Source of the DNA: an uncultured Eubacteriales bacterium
GTDB lineage: Bacteria; Bacillota; Clostridia; Oscillospirales; CAG-272
Direction: 5' to 3'
NCBI GenBank assembly: GCA_934503195.1
Contig: CAKSVM010000003.1
Span: 10,267 to 74,266, forward strand
Length of the DNA: 64,000 nt
The notes under the pieces are model-generated. The model was given only the letters and a program-made list of their open reading frames with translations, was not told where the DNA came from and did not search any database. The position numbers and the translations under genes were made by a program. Shown here piece by piece: positions 53,301-60,914 of this stretch. Each line of letters starts with the position of its first letter. Position 1 is the first letter of the stretch.

Positions 53301-56300
53301 TCTTCACGGTAAACGGCGACAGCTATCTTCTCTACACAAGGCCGAAAGCGGACGCGACGGGCGTCGACATCCCAGAGCTTGTGCTGAGTAAGGTCGTTGT
53401 CACCGGAGACAGCCAGACCAGACTCGTGAACCCGCTTGACAAGGACGAAACCGCGCTCGTCGTCGACGGCGACGGAACCGGAGATCTCGACTTCACCGCG
53501 GCGGTAAACGGCTCGACCGTCACCGTCACATGGGTAAGCTACAAGACCGCGGCAGGAGAATCCACGACCGACGTCGGAACCGCGTCGAAGAACACGGTCA
53601 TAAAGACCGCTACGCTTGACCTCTCGGAAGACACGACCGCGACCGGATTCGAAAACAAGACCGTGATCTCGGCGGCCAATAATCTCTTCACCTTCCTCCC
53701 GAGCCAGACCAAAAACGCGTCTGTCTGGGCGGAGACCGTCTCGACGGCAAATGTCGAGACTATGAAGACAAACCTCAACAAGTATCTCACCTCGGTAAAC
53801 AACCTCGTCGACGCGGAAAATGAGAAAGTCACCGACATAACGAAAGCCGACGGAACCAATCCCGCGAACGCCACCGCGATTTACAGATGGAACTATCAGA
53901 CCGCGCTCGACGAACTCTACGGCGACGGCTCAAAGCTTGTTCTCCGCTATGACGGCACGATCTACGATTACGCGAAGCTCTTGAATGACGAACGCGTCGA
54001 AAACATCGAAACGCACGAGACCGACGACGCGGTGATCATCGCCTTCACGACCTCCACGTCGACCTACATCGATAATGAAGGAAACGCCGCCGAGATCGGC
54101 GAGACCACCGATCTTGCGAATGTCAAGCGTCTCTATCTCATGAAGTTCAACAAGACCACAAAGTCGTTTGAGACTCCGAAGCTTCTCCGCACCGTGATCG
54201 ACTTTGACAAATGCACCTCGTCGAATATAAACCCGAAGGCGAACTCCGGAATCACTCCCGCGAAGTTCAAGGACGGCGTATATTCGCTCAGTGCGCTCGA
54301 AACCGAGTCGGTTGACCCGTACATCTCGAATCTCAGATTCACCGACGCGAAGTTCACGATTAACGCGTCCGAAACTCTCTTCACCTTCGAGATGAACGGC
54401 AACACCTACGTCATCACTGAGGAAGACACCGCGAATATCCTCGCCGGAAGCTCCGCGAAAGTCACACCGATCTTCGCGAAGGGCGTCGCCGACACCGGAA
54501 CAGACGTCGTTATCGGCTCCGACAACGAGGGCAACCTCGCGATCGTCTACTCCGCTCCGGTCTCCGGAACGACCAACAACGCGCTCTTCATCGCGTGGTG
54601 GGACGTAAACGTGAACGGCTGGGGCAGCCCGAACATCCTCGCGATGAATCATCTTCAGGTGAAGGAAGACGCCGAAAAGTATCACCTAAGCGACGAGCAG
54701 ATCGAAAAGGCCTACCTCGGCGAACGCACCGGAAACGAAGAGTACGACGCGCATATCGAGTCCCTCGCGTCAGATTCCACCGCAAAGGGCGATTACGATC
54801 AGTTCACCTTCTCAAACCTCAACATGACCCTTATCAAGGTTCCGGTCGAGGTCGACGGTGCCACCACCGAGAAGGATCAGCTCATCGTCTTCTCCGAGGG
54901 CATTTATCAGAGACTTGCGGGCGGATCGTTCGAAGTGAACGGAACAACTCAGGAAACCATCATCCCGCTCGCCGCGTCCTCGCCCGAGGCTGCCGAGCTG
55001 AACAGATCGAAGACCGGATTCTACGCGGTATCATTCGGCGCGGGCAAGCAGGGCGTCGGACTCACGAGCCTTTCGTTCATCGACAACCGCTTCACCGCCG
55101 GAACGAAGCTCTCGGGTAAGCTCGGCTTCACCAACACCGGAACGATCGCGATCAGAGCGAGCGACGGCAACCCCGCGACCGTCACTCTCAAAGCGACAAA
55201 ACAAAGCGGCGAGATTCAGAACATAGCCGTCTGGAAACTCACCGAAAATATCCGCTCGGGCGAAAATGTTTTACTCGACTTCACGATGAACACTCCGCTC
55301 ACAAGCGATCTTCCGAACGGCACGATCTTCACCGCTACAATCGCGGAGGATAAGGATTACATTGAGAAGTCTGGCGGAACCGCGCTCAATGTGACGACTC
55401 CCGCGCTCCTCACGGTCGCCGACAAGCCCGAACTCGGAATCGAGTCGCTCACGGTCGAGCCGGTAAGAGCGGACGAAAACGTCACGACAGAAGTCGAATT
55501 CGTCATCTCGAACCGCGGAAGCAAGTCGGCCGAAAACGTCTACGTCCAGTTCTCCTACGAGTCGGGACACGACAAAAACGGCGCGCCGGTCTACTCTCCG
55601 CTCGACATCAGTAAGAACACCCTCAAGGTTGGAGAACAGCAGCAGATCCCGAGTCTCACCCGCTCGGTGACCGGAAACGACTTCGGAAACGGAATCATCC
55701 ACCTCGGATTACTCGACCCGGCTTACCAGCGCACGGTCTCCGGAACGATTGACATACCGAAATCGGCGTTTGCCGACGACTCGCTGAAGCTCCATGTCGA
55801 GGTCTTCTCCGAAACCAGCGACGTGTCGTACATCGAAGACTTCTACAAATCGACCCACTCCGACGAGTACTCCTCGATCAACAACGTCCGCACGCTTTCG
55901 GTAAATCACAAGACCTTCTTCTCGGCTCCCGAAAAGATCACGATCGCGCTCGGAAACACTCTGAAACTCCCGATCTCCTTCATGACGACCGCCATGACCT
56001 CCGACATAACCGTCCGCGAGATCACCGACGGCACCGAAAACTGGACTCGAAAGCTCGGAATCCTCTACTATGACAGCGCGACGCAGTGCGTCGTCGCCGC
56101 TCCGAACGAAACCGGAAGCGGAATCATTCAGCTTCAGGACAGCAAGACGAACACCTTCTACGCGATCGCGTTCAGAGCGACCGAACTCGGCTCGGGAATC
56201 AACATCTTCAGGGATGACGAGAGCTTCGAGTTCGCCGGCGACTGGAGCTTCGTCGAAGACAGCATGGGCTGGGCAGGCGAGGAAAACGCCGAGTTCGTCC

Positions 56301-58903
56301 CGCCGATGAACAACGATCTCGTCAAGGCGAACGACGGCGCGTCGGTAAGCTTCAGAACGCTCGCTGACACGATTAAGCTCCGATTTGTCGGAAAGGTGAC
56401 GATCAACTCGGATCTCCCCGGATTCACCGCGGTCACGGCCGATTCGTCCGAACTGCGCGCGGTCGGAAAGTATCCGCTCGTCGTCGACTTCAATAACCCC
56501 GACGGCAAGACCCACAACGTGACGATCACCGTCACCAAGGGAACCGAACTCGACCGCTACGAGGCGACCTACGGCGAATACGTCGATCCGACTCCTCCCG
56601 TCTCCGGAGAGCCTGAGATCATATGGAGCCGCAGCTTCCCCGAAACCGCGTCGATTGAGGTGAAGGAAGGCGAAACTCCCGAAAAGGTTGAACTCATTGC
56701 CTATGTCAGCGACGACAACGGAATTCTCGACGTCGGACTGAGATCCGATTCGGGCAAAGCGGTCATCGGAACCATCGCGAAGGTCTCCGAAAAGCTCTGG
56801 CTCGTCCCCGTGACTGTCTCGGGCAACGGATCCTTCACCCTCACCGCGAAGAATCTCTCGGGCGTCGATTCAAAGTCGAACGTCAACGCCTACTGGTACA
56901 ACGAAACCGTCACCACCGGCGCGAAGTCGACCGCTCCGGATTTCGGCCCGGATAACGTCTCCTTCGTGAAGTCGAACGGAAAACCGATCACCGAAATTCT
57001 CCCGAGAAGCGAGAAAGCCTTTATAAATGTCGATTACAAGCTCAAGGAAGGCGAAAAGCTCACTGTCAACGGCACGGAAATGACCGGAACCCGCTATGAG
57101 GTCACGGCGAACGGATTCTACACCGTCCGCGTCACCGCTGAGGACGGCACATGGAGTCAGGTGGTCATGTACATGGATAAGCTCGAAAACGGCGACATCA
57201 TGGCCTCCGCGTCGGTCGATCCGAAGAAAAAGCTCATCACGGTCACGGTCGACGCGAAGCGTCCCGACGACATCTCGGTCACCGCGTCCGGACCCGACGG
57301 AAAAGTAACCTTCACGAAGACCTCCGACGGAATCTACACCTACAGCTACAAGAAGAGCGGCGATTACACGATCACAATCACCGACAAAATGGCGACCGAA
57401 ACCCTTAAGGTCACGATCCCGAAGACGGTCGAAAAGCTCGAAGTCATCACCGCTCTGAAGACAACCTACAGCATGGGCGATCCCTTTGACATCACCGGAC
57501 TCACTCTTAAGGCGACCTACTCCGACGAAAGCGAGGTCACTCTCGACGACACGTCGAAGATGAAAGTCAAGGGCTTCGACTCCTCGAAGAAGCAGACGCT
57601 GAGCCTTTCGATAAGCTATGAGGCGATTGACGCGGCGGCGACGCTTGAAGTCACGATCCTCTTCGCCGGAAAGGTCACTCTCCTTGACGTGAACGACGAC
57701 GCTTACGGCGAAGGATTCTACACCGAGGGCAAGACGGTAAGTGTCTTCCCCGGCACGCGCGACGGCTACGCGTTCGTCGGCTGGTCGACCGAAAATCTCA
57801 AACTCAGCGACAACATGGCTTCCTCCTTCACGATGCCCGACAACTCTAAGCTCGACGAGTCCGAGATAATCCTCGTGGCAAACTGGAAGAAGCTCTCGAC
57901 CGTCACTATCATAAACGGCGCGAAGAACGCTTCCGGAGCTGGTATCTACAAGGAAGGCGACGAAGTGACGATCTGGGCGGGCAAGGACAGCCGGACCTTC
58001 CTCCTCTGGAGATCGAATGACATTGAGATTCCCGAGGGAACCGGCGATCGGTTCACCTTCACGATGCCGAAGCACAACGTCACCTTCACCGCGGTCTGGC
58101 TCGGACTCCTCCCGAGTCTCCGCACGGTCAGATTCGAGACGAACGGCGGAAGCACGATCCGCGACCTCTCCGCGCACGACGGACAGAAGATCGACCTCTC
58201 GTTCTACGTCCCGACAAAGGAAGGCTATGAGTTCACCGGATGGTTCACCGACAGCTCGCTCACAAACAGGATCGAAACCCTCACGGTAAAGGGCGACATT
58301 GTCCTCTTCGCGGGCTGGAAGCAGACCGGATCTGAGCCGGTCGAGCCGATCACCCTTCCCTTTGACGACGTTAAGCCGGGCGACTGGTTCTATGACGACG
58401 TTTACTACGTCTACGTCAAGGGCATGATGAACGGAACGAGCGCGACAACCTTCTCGCCTGAGCTTGAAACCTCGCGCGCGATGATCGTCACGATCCTCCA
58501 TCGTCTCGAGGGCAGACCCGAGCCGGAAGGCGGATCGACCTTCACCGACGTCGAGTCTGGCAGCTGGTACGAAAAGGCGGTCACATGGGCGGCCGAAAAC
58601 GGAATCGTCAACGGCTACGGCGAAGGAATCTTCGGCCCGTCCGACCCCGTAACCCGCGAGCAGCTCGCCGCGATCCTTTACCGCTACTCGAACTTCAAGG
58701 GAATCGACACGACGGTTGAGGCCGAGGAAATTCTGAAGAACTTCACCGACGCGCACGAGATCAGCTCCTACGCGCTTGACCCGATGAAGTGGGCGGTTGA
58801 CCGCGGACTTATAAACGGAATGACGACGACCACGCTCGCTCCGACCTCCACCGCGCTCCGCAGTCAGGCGGCCGCGATCTTCCACAGATTCTGCGAGAAC
58901 TGA
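47270..58903 (+). CDS. Giant (3,877 aa) secreted, SLH-anchored multidomain cell-surface protein
   Basis: A single uninterrupted ORF with a GGAGG RBS. Signal peptide, Calx-beta-like, CARDB-like and Ig-like domains, Listeria-Bacteroides repeats and three C-terminal SLH repeats. Confidence 0.9.
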   Translation: MNKRILSSLLVFAMLISAMPIQTLAYFRYKDDEILKHAESSLEIPLKDSDGKVSTLNYDATWDEIYPFGAFVFGNFEAAINEGASDGSQTVTIPVYRLGGTKGRAEVTVRFDPAATKTAADADSYSYALSGRDDITIEYENPQPIAKYQPLGKAHVYAGCGILDKDVTDDEGEAFATIFSLDNVKADSFKWQFTEIEINMSGNDDIKVITDWTDLADALTSEITVNNTDIVYDINKSDGVYKMRDFRCVYTVDGKTYCSDTWYFGERYVEEEEEVLPEMPEKTPDAEDPTYSTLEIEEEFGSAAFTLVFAEDEWVKNIIITAKDDEIGELPELGLFTLYENNGGAIYHAASTFTLLVNDDDPLGESAVGFETASIEADQDAGSVSVKIVRTGDNSYPVSVEYSTSDLDAAAGKQYSPVSGTLMFAGDINEATVTIPLIKESAREDILSFELTLSDLKGGKGSAAISSGSIRIDLTSSGRSQGITEGTNLATIIAGSAGEDVSGNVLTGDPLIPEAGTHDGIQTSSDDSPSPAKYNDNKIVTRSHTYEKGLIFSRSDYSDSTKYWRDYELVVGAVGGEYAAPMSLFTVFKAPAFTENSGGYSGTKANFSATQSSILLQHNHNTGFTSLEIANASLLFSDISWRFSWPTIGVAQAGRKEKDYLYVMPFAMVSYPSATNPNGGVKDWNGNAANFFSAKTRDTSWSGSDSLAMIYGRGLGFSFGLSLNKNGGQYPTWQESSKGLSDNDTKSGTNGSSKVTLDNLTLKRRYFGNSTLGFTIHTANDKDIGNPGDYAIFDEDSTVYQSIRPEVTIVPNAGGVTSGGQLYVGSKLKVDFKNLADYIIPQDGYITDYIYLTDNHGAVCKPQIERASDSTYYVTLLWSGMNETSLSSDRSYTLNVVMERRQEIFIDVGPSVVGNDNGAISTAWDKFLFEGEGGSINLRYAKFGYNTTTTRSDSPKHFKQSSGTATYNYDLVGNTTASRSLKLSRNSGKDSTFSNLQYINLGQDPDDVILFNGRSYKGNENIYLTQADLAQSKLVFYFYDSTCLSNQTDMSITISDTYLYFDVNGNGVIDGYFDEETGYFVLDKDENGNEIDLNLGIISGSFDEKTFQPIVDKDGGVHQYFFKVIYKTSPRSLKAPVGASDTDTLRILPFFASTVTDGGRYSTLTKEQLSYRYVAAGYMRTDKNGTAYYDSSDGHPMYGEAATKTSMIDIPLGGDVSPVYKEYDKTQNKWLWHWTPNFWGQLLFPYENPAPISHDMNMTGEAVAIAGEEPTWDIVEKKRVQKLSPDGAARVNGYLGSLTGNNTFGLAVTEEPYVTENGTRVKKKLSSLDDIAHDSLALGEVSAIPNADYLTLSNGSGDAGDSEGDAAGAGSMPEFEADLGISLPSTEFGLSDYAKIIMDGNSVGFSIGIPLLKMEKEFPGDNSNAQQGQTTPTPGDQTQPNPGQGGQGSTNPPASGSTTPGQTTTAPATPATGNPNQNSGGASGATPSTPGTTQNPTPPSSTTGSWTPARPNVPTTTAPNSGTPASSGGQSGNQGGQSGQSGNNGSRTGGSASASPSSTSTEPATTSLSKSFKDANESMEMLRKFVSTRGQSLSEELTKQRNEAKGMGGVKSKKAEASFSVALVIMFEYNPLDNGYYFKTATVAAAVSFEFTLQYRFTFFPLLYIYLKTGFEIKISTGLGVDRVGVEGNDAKAVSASAFSGVGLEVKEIGETKLKKGQAYILDTTLSTNSENKVTGLHLYMDGSFYMEVLEGEGADTEASLAQKVDSYVKDPKAYKEANGDDYFSSGRLKSNGEDPVEVYFKKHDGRVIVILTALEEEARITSAKEVTGAKSVVYWQGIKIEPSGFIEVGAGIGIDLLKFELYLKATLGLGFSFGAYNTDKQAYEPASFDSFALSAAIGFRVTVLFFNYSMDLLGYYLTYNKGEGWTSQFAALNGAVPLNGSRSGASDSSYVHVTGPENNWYDVRVDGETPMTRAYDPTDKNARFQISGYGTSGDGFRLIDGLSSGYTYKVFTVNGDSYLLYTRPKADATGVDIPELVLSKVVVTGDSQTRLVNPLDKDETALVVDGDGTGDLDFTAAVNGSTVTVTWVSYKTAAGESTTDVGTASKNTVIKTATLDLSEDTTATGFENKTVISAANNLFTFLPSQTKNASVWAETVSTANVETMKTNLNKYLTSVNNLVDAENEKVTDITKADGTNPANATAIYRWNYQTALDELYGDGSKLVLRYDGTIYDYAKLLNDERVENIETHETDDAVIIAFTTSTSTYIDNEGNAAEIGETTDLANVKRLYLMKFNKTTKSFETPKLLRTVIDFDKCTSSNINPKANSGITPAKFKDGVYSLSALETESVDPYISNLRFTDAKFTINASETLFTFEMNGNTYVITEEDTANILAGSSAKVTPIFAKGVADTGTDVVIGSDNEGNLAIVYSAPVSGTTNNALFIAWWDVNVNGWGSPNILAMNHLQVKEDAEKYHLSDEQIEKAYLGERTGNEEYDAHIESLASDSTAKGDYDQFTFSNLNMTLIKVPVEVDGATTEKDQLIVFSEGIYQRLAGGSFEVNGTTQETIIPLAASSPEAAELNRSKTGFYAVSFGAGKQGVGLTSLSFIDNRFTAGTKLSGKLGFTNTGTIAIRASDGNPATVTLKATKQSGEIQNIAVWKLTENIRSGENVLLDFTMNTPLTSDLPNGTIFTATIAEDKDYIEKSGGTALNVTTPALLTVADKPELGIESLTVEPVRADENVTTEVEFVISNRGSKSAENVYVQFSYESGHDKNGAPVYSPLDISKNTLKVGEQQQIPSLTRSVTGNDFGNGIIHLGLLDPAYQRTVSGTIDIPKSAFADDSLKLHVEVFSETSDVSYIEDFYKSTHSDEYSSINNVRTLSVNHKTFFSAPEKITIALGNTLKLPISFMTTAMTSDITVREITDGTENWTRKLGILYYDSATQCVVAAPNETGSGIIQLQDSKTNTFYAIAFRATELGSGINIFRDDESFEFAGDWSFVEDSMGWAGEENAEFVPPMNNDLVKANDGASVSFRTLADTIKLRFVGKVTINSDLPGFTAVTADSSELRAVGKYPLVVDFNNPDGKTHNVTITVTKGTELDRYEATYGEYVDPTPPVSGEPEIIWSRSFPETASIEVKEGETPEKVELIAYVSDDNGILDVGLRSDSGKAVIGTIAKVSEKLWLVPVTVSGNGSFTLTAKNLSGVDSKSNVNAYWYNETVTTGAKSTAPDFGPDNVSFVKSNGKPITEILPRSEKAFINVDYKLKEGEKLTVNGTEMTGTRYEVTANGFYTVRVTAEDGTWSQVVMYMDKLENGDIMASASVDPKKKLITVTVDAKRPDDISVTASGPDGKVTFTKTSDGIYTYSYKKSGDYTITITDKMATETLKVTIPKTVEKLEVITALKTTYSMGDPFDITGLTLKATYSDESEVTLDDTSKMKVKGFDSSKKQTLSLSISYEAIDAAATLEVTILFAGKVTLLDVNDDAYGEGFYTEGKTVSVFPGTRDGYAFVGWSTENLKLSDNMASSFTMPDNSKLDESEIILVANWKKLSTVTIINGAKNASGAGIYKEGDEVTIWAGKDSRTFLLWRSNDIEIPEGTGDRFTFTMPKHNVTFTAVWLGLLPSLRTVRFETNGGSTIRDLSAHDGQKIDLSFYVPTKEGYEFTGWFTDSSLTNRIETLTVKGDIVLFAGWKQTGSEPVEPITLPFDDVKPGDWFYDDVYYVYVKGMMNGTSATTFSPELETSRAMIVTILHRLEGRPEPEGGSTFTDVESGSWYEKAVTWAAENGIVNGYGEGIFGPSDPVTREQLAAILYRYSNFKGIDTTVEAEEILKNFTDAHEISSYALDPMKWAVDRGLINGMTTTTLAPTSTALRSQAAAIFHRFCEN
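48362..48646 (+). other. Calx-beta-like domain
   Basis: ESAVGFETASIEADQDAGSVSVKIVRTGDNSYPVSVEYSTSD..GTLMFAGDINEATVTIPLI. A weaker copy lies near aa 69-113. Confidence 0.6.
51527..51969 (+). other. Low-complexity P/T/G/Q/S/N-rich linker (~148 aa)
   Basis: GDNSNAQQGQTTPTPGDQTQPNPGQGGQGSTNPPASGSTTPGQTTTAPATPATGNP...SSTSTEPATTS. Confidence 0.9.
52118..53056 (+). other. Amphipathic beta-hairpin-rich, Gly/aromatic-rich module of unknown fold
   Basis: Alternating hydrophobic/polar runs: FEFTLQYRFTF, LYIYLKTGFEIKISTGLG, FELYLKATLGLGFSFGAY, AIGFRVTVLFFNYSMDLLGYYLTYN. Confidence 0.4.
55427..55700 (+). other. CARDB-like domain
   Basis: PELGIESLTVEPVRADENVTTEVEFVISNRGSKSAENVYVQFSYE. A second, similar segment lies just upstream (LTSLSFIDNRFTAGTKLSGKLGFTNTGTIAI). 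Confidence 0.5.
57427..57660 (+). other. Bacterial Ig-like (Big_3-type) domain
   Basis: VEKLEVITALKTTYSMGDPFDITGLTLKATYSDESEVTLDDTSKMKVKGFDSSKKQTLSLSISYE. Confidence 0.55.
57667..58320 (+). other. Three Listeria-Bacteroides (Flg_new) repeats
   Basis: GYAFVGWSTE...LVANWK; TFLLWRSND...FTAVW; GYEFTGWFTDSSL...LFAGWK. Confidence 0.7.
58361..58900 (+). other. Three S-layer homology (SLH) repeats
   Basis: FDDVKPGDWFYDDVYYVYVKGMMNGTS..; FTDVESGSWYEKAVTWAAENGIVNGYG..TREQLAAILYRY; FTDAHEISSYALDPMKWAVDRGLINGM. Confidence 0.85.
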
Positions 58904-59064
58904 CACAAAAGCCCGCCCGGAACATTCCGGACAGAGGTGCTGCCGTGAAAACGGCAGCACCGAAAAAGCGAAACCCGATACCCGCAAGGGGTTGGCATGA
59001 CATAAAGATCGAAAAAATTTCCGGATATCGAGAAAAAAGGAAGGCCGAATGACCTTCCGTGGCT

Positions 59065-59093
59065 CCCCGGCGCGTTTGGCGCCGGGGGTTTTT
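59065..59093 (+). terminator. Intrinsic terminator ending the giant-gene transcript (after a ~190-nt 3' UTR with two further hairpins at 58936-58961 and 59038-59058)
   Basis: CCCCGGCGC-gtttg-GCGCCGGGG followed by GTTTTT. Confidence 0.7.
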
Positions 59094-59098
59094 GTATC

Positions 59099-60535
59099 TC
59101 AGTTTTCCTTAAACAGCGCGTAAAGCTCGTCGAGACGGTAAACTCTCGAAGCGAGATCCGACGCGAGATTCGGATCGTTATTATTGACGTGAGTACGTAT
59201 AAGCGTGTTGACCGAGCCGCACCAGTCGCCGAAGACAAACGCGATATCAAACGACGCTCCGCCGACAAGTATGTCAACCATCTCAGCCGTTTTTTCGTCG
59301 GCCGAATATTTCTGCTTGAGCGCGATATCGTAGTAGACCGGATAGACCTTCTCATAGGTTTCGCGGCAGAGTGCCTCGGTGACGAACCCGATGAAATCGT
59401 CGTCTTTTGCCGTCACCGGGATTCCCCAGACCGTGTACTGGTCGCGGATGAGCGTATGATACTCCTCCTGCTTCTCGTCCCACTTCGGCATCGGGAGGAT
59501 TCCGTACTCGTCCTTCATCGAGCGGTAGAGATCGAACGCCGACATAAGTGTCGAGGTCGCGAAGACCGAATGCCCCTCCGAGAAGATCACGTCTCCGTAG
59601 TGCGAAACCGTCGTGTTCGTCTTCTCGAAATTCTTCACGCCCTCATTGCCGTAGTATAGTGTGAGCAGCTTTTCAAGGATCGACGCCGTCTTTTCGGTGT
59701 TGACCTCGATCTTTATCCCGTCCTTTGTCCTTGAGGTCAGCTTCTGATCAAACGCAAAGACCCAGAAGTCGGGTGTGCTGTCCATCATGCAGGTGAGGCC
59801 GTAGCGGTCTTCGATCGTCTGTTTTCCGTCGCTGTCAAGGTCGACGTACATTTCCTTGACGAGATTCGCGAAGCAGTCGATCGTCCACCTTCCATCCATT
59901 ACCGTCTTGTAAAGGCTGGCTGAGTCGAGTCCGTAATCGGCGGCGAGCTTCACGTTCCAGAACATCCCATAGGCCGACTGCATCGCGCTCAGCGAAAGCG
60001 CGCCGGTCAGAGTGTACAGTTTGTTGTTTATCGTGAGGCTGTCATTGATCGTCTGATTCCACCACTCACCGCCGAGATCGAGATTCGGGATGTCGATCCA
60101 GTTCCGGTAAATTCTGTTCGAAATTGCCTGATTCGACGAGTAGGCGAAATGCCCGACGAGATCATAAACGTCGTCGCCAGCGAGAACGAGCTTCACGATC
60201 GGCTGATAGAAGTTGTACTTATTCACCGAGTCCTCGACAAGCGAGACAATTCTGAAGCCGTACTTCTCCTCGAGCCGCAGATTCCGGTCATAAACCGCGT
60301 CGCTCGCGACGTCTCCGGTCGCCTCGTCGGCGTAAATCTGGTAGCGGTAGTCGGGCGACGTGACGACGCGGAGTTCCTTTCCGTCGAAATTCCGTGCGGG
60401 AAGCTCGTTTGAGGTCGTCTCAACCCCGGCTGTGGTTCCACCTCCGTCGGTCGTCGTCTCCGGGACTCCTGACTCGCCGCAGGAGGTCAGAGCCGCCAGA
60501 AAAAGTGTCAGCGCAATGATTCTTTTTGTTTTCAT
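59099..60535 (-). CDS. Extracellular solute-binding-type lipoprotein, paralog 7
   Basis: Start at the ATG at 60535 (MKTKRIIALTLFLAALTSC|GE) with an AAGGAGA RBS; the track ORF extends 63 codons upstream across the promoter. Blocks DVYDL, GGEWW, DLDSDGKQTIED, YGILPMPKWDEKQEEY. Confidence 0.8.
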   Translation of the reverse strand: MKTKRIIALTLFLAALTSCGESGVPETTTDGGGTTAGVETTSNELPARNFDGKELRVVTSPDYRYQIYADEATGDVASDAVYDRNLRLEEKYGFRIVSLVEDSVNKYNFYQPIVKLVLAGDDVYDLVGHFAYSSNQAISNRIYRNWIDIPNLDLGGEWWNQTINDSLTINNKLYTLTGALSLSAMQSAYGMFWNVKLAADYGLDSASLYKTVMDGRWTIDCFANLVKEMYVDLDSDGKQTIEDRYGLTCMMDSTPDFWVFAFDQKLTSRTKDGIKIEVNTEKTASILEKLLTLYYGNEGVKNFEKTNTTVSHYGDVIFSEGHSVFATSTLMSAFDLYRSMKDEYGILPMPKWDEKQEEYHTLIRDQYTVWGIPVTAKDDDFIGFVTEALCRETYEKVYPVYYDIALKQKYSADEKTAEMVDILVGGASFDIAFVFGDWCGSVNTLIRTHVNNNDPNLASDLASRVYRLDELYALFKEN

Positions 60536-60556
60536 TTCATTCTCTCCTTGAAATTT

Positions 60557-60585
60557 ATGATAACCCATTATAACCCGCCGGAATG
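60557..60585 (-). promoter_or_regulatory. Promoter of SBP paralog 7
   Basis: Minus strand: TTGACA, 17 nt, TATAAT. Confidence 0.65.
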
Positions 60586-60852
60586 GATTTGTCAAGCCAA
60601 ATGAACCGCGCCGTGATAGATTCATGACGGATTTCGTAAAACACCCCCCCTGTTTGCGTGAATCCGCGCAGGAAAAGTCGGATACGGTAAAATTTCCTTT
60701 TTCTGACTCTATCCGCAAAGCCACGCGCCGGATCTACGAGAAAGCGGCGTTTTTTTTGACGGCATAGATTTCAAAAGTTCAAGTAAAATTTGTCAAAAGT
60801 GTAAAAATAGTTGATTTTCGCCCGGAAAAATAAAAAAATAAGCAGAAATCGC

Positions 60853-60881
60853 TTGAAATTGTCCGCGAGATGTGCTATAAT
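60853..60881 (+). promoter_or_regulatory. Promoter of the hypothetical gene at 60915
   Basis: TTGAAA, 17 nt, TGcTATAAT. Confidence 0.6.
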
Positions 60882-60914
60882 AATGTCGTAAGCACATTTG
60901 TGAGGAGATTAAAA

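Noticed and set aside
47639-58987. A series of long minus-strand ORFs inside the giant gene (for example 47639-48313, 48389-49129, 49928-50854, 52268-53128, 53930-54685, 55709-56515 and 56870-58987, the last of 705 aa).
   Set aside because: They are antisense shadows of the 3,877-aa ORF with R/E/G/V-rich composition and no recognisable domains. The plus-strand frame carries coherent signal peptide, Ig-like, repeat and SLH modules.
59099-60724. The full 541-aa version of SBP paralog 7, and similar long N-terminal extensions of track ORFs at 8469, 9677, 10600-11202, 28999-30477, 32091, 34678, 36410-37528, 60870 and 62260.
   Set aside because: In each case an internal start with a good RBS yields the expected N-terminus (signal peptide and lipobox, or a family-typical start), and the extension runs across a predicted promoter.
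60624-60773. A 49-codon plus-strand small ORF (MTDFVKHPPCLRESAQEK...) in the spacer upstream of the 60915 gene.
   Set aside because: It has no Shine-Dalgarno sequence or promoter in front and an unremarkable composition. It lies within the spurious N-terminal extension region of the opposite-strand SBP ORF.
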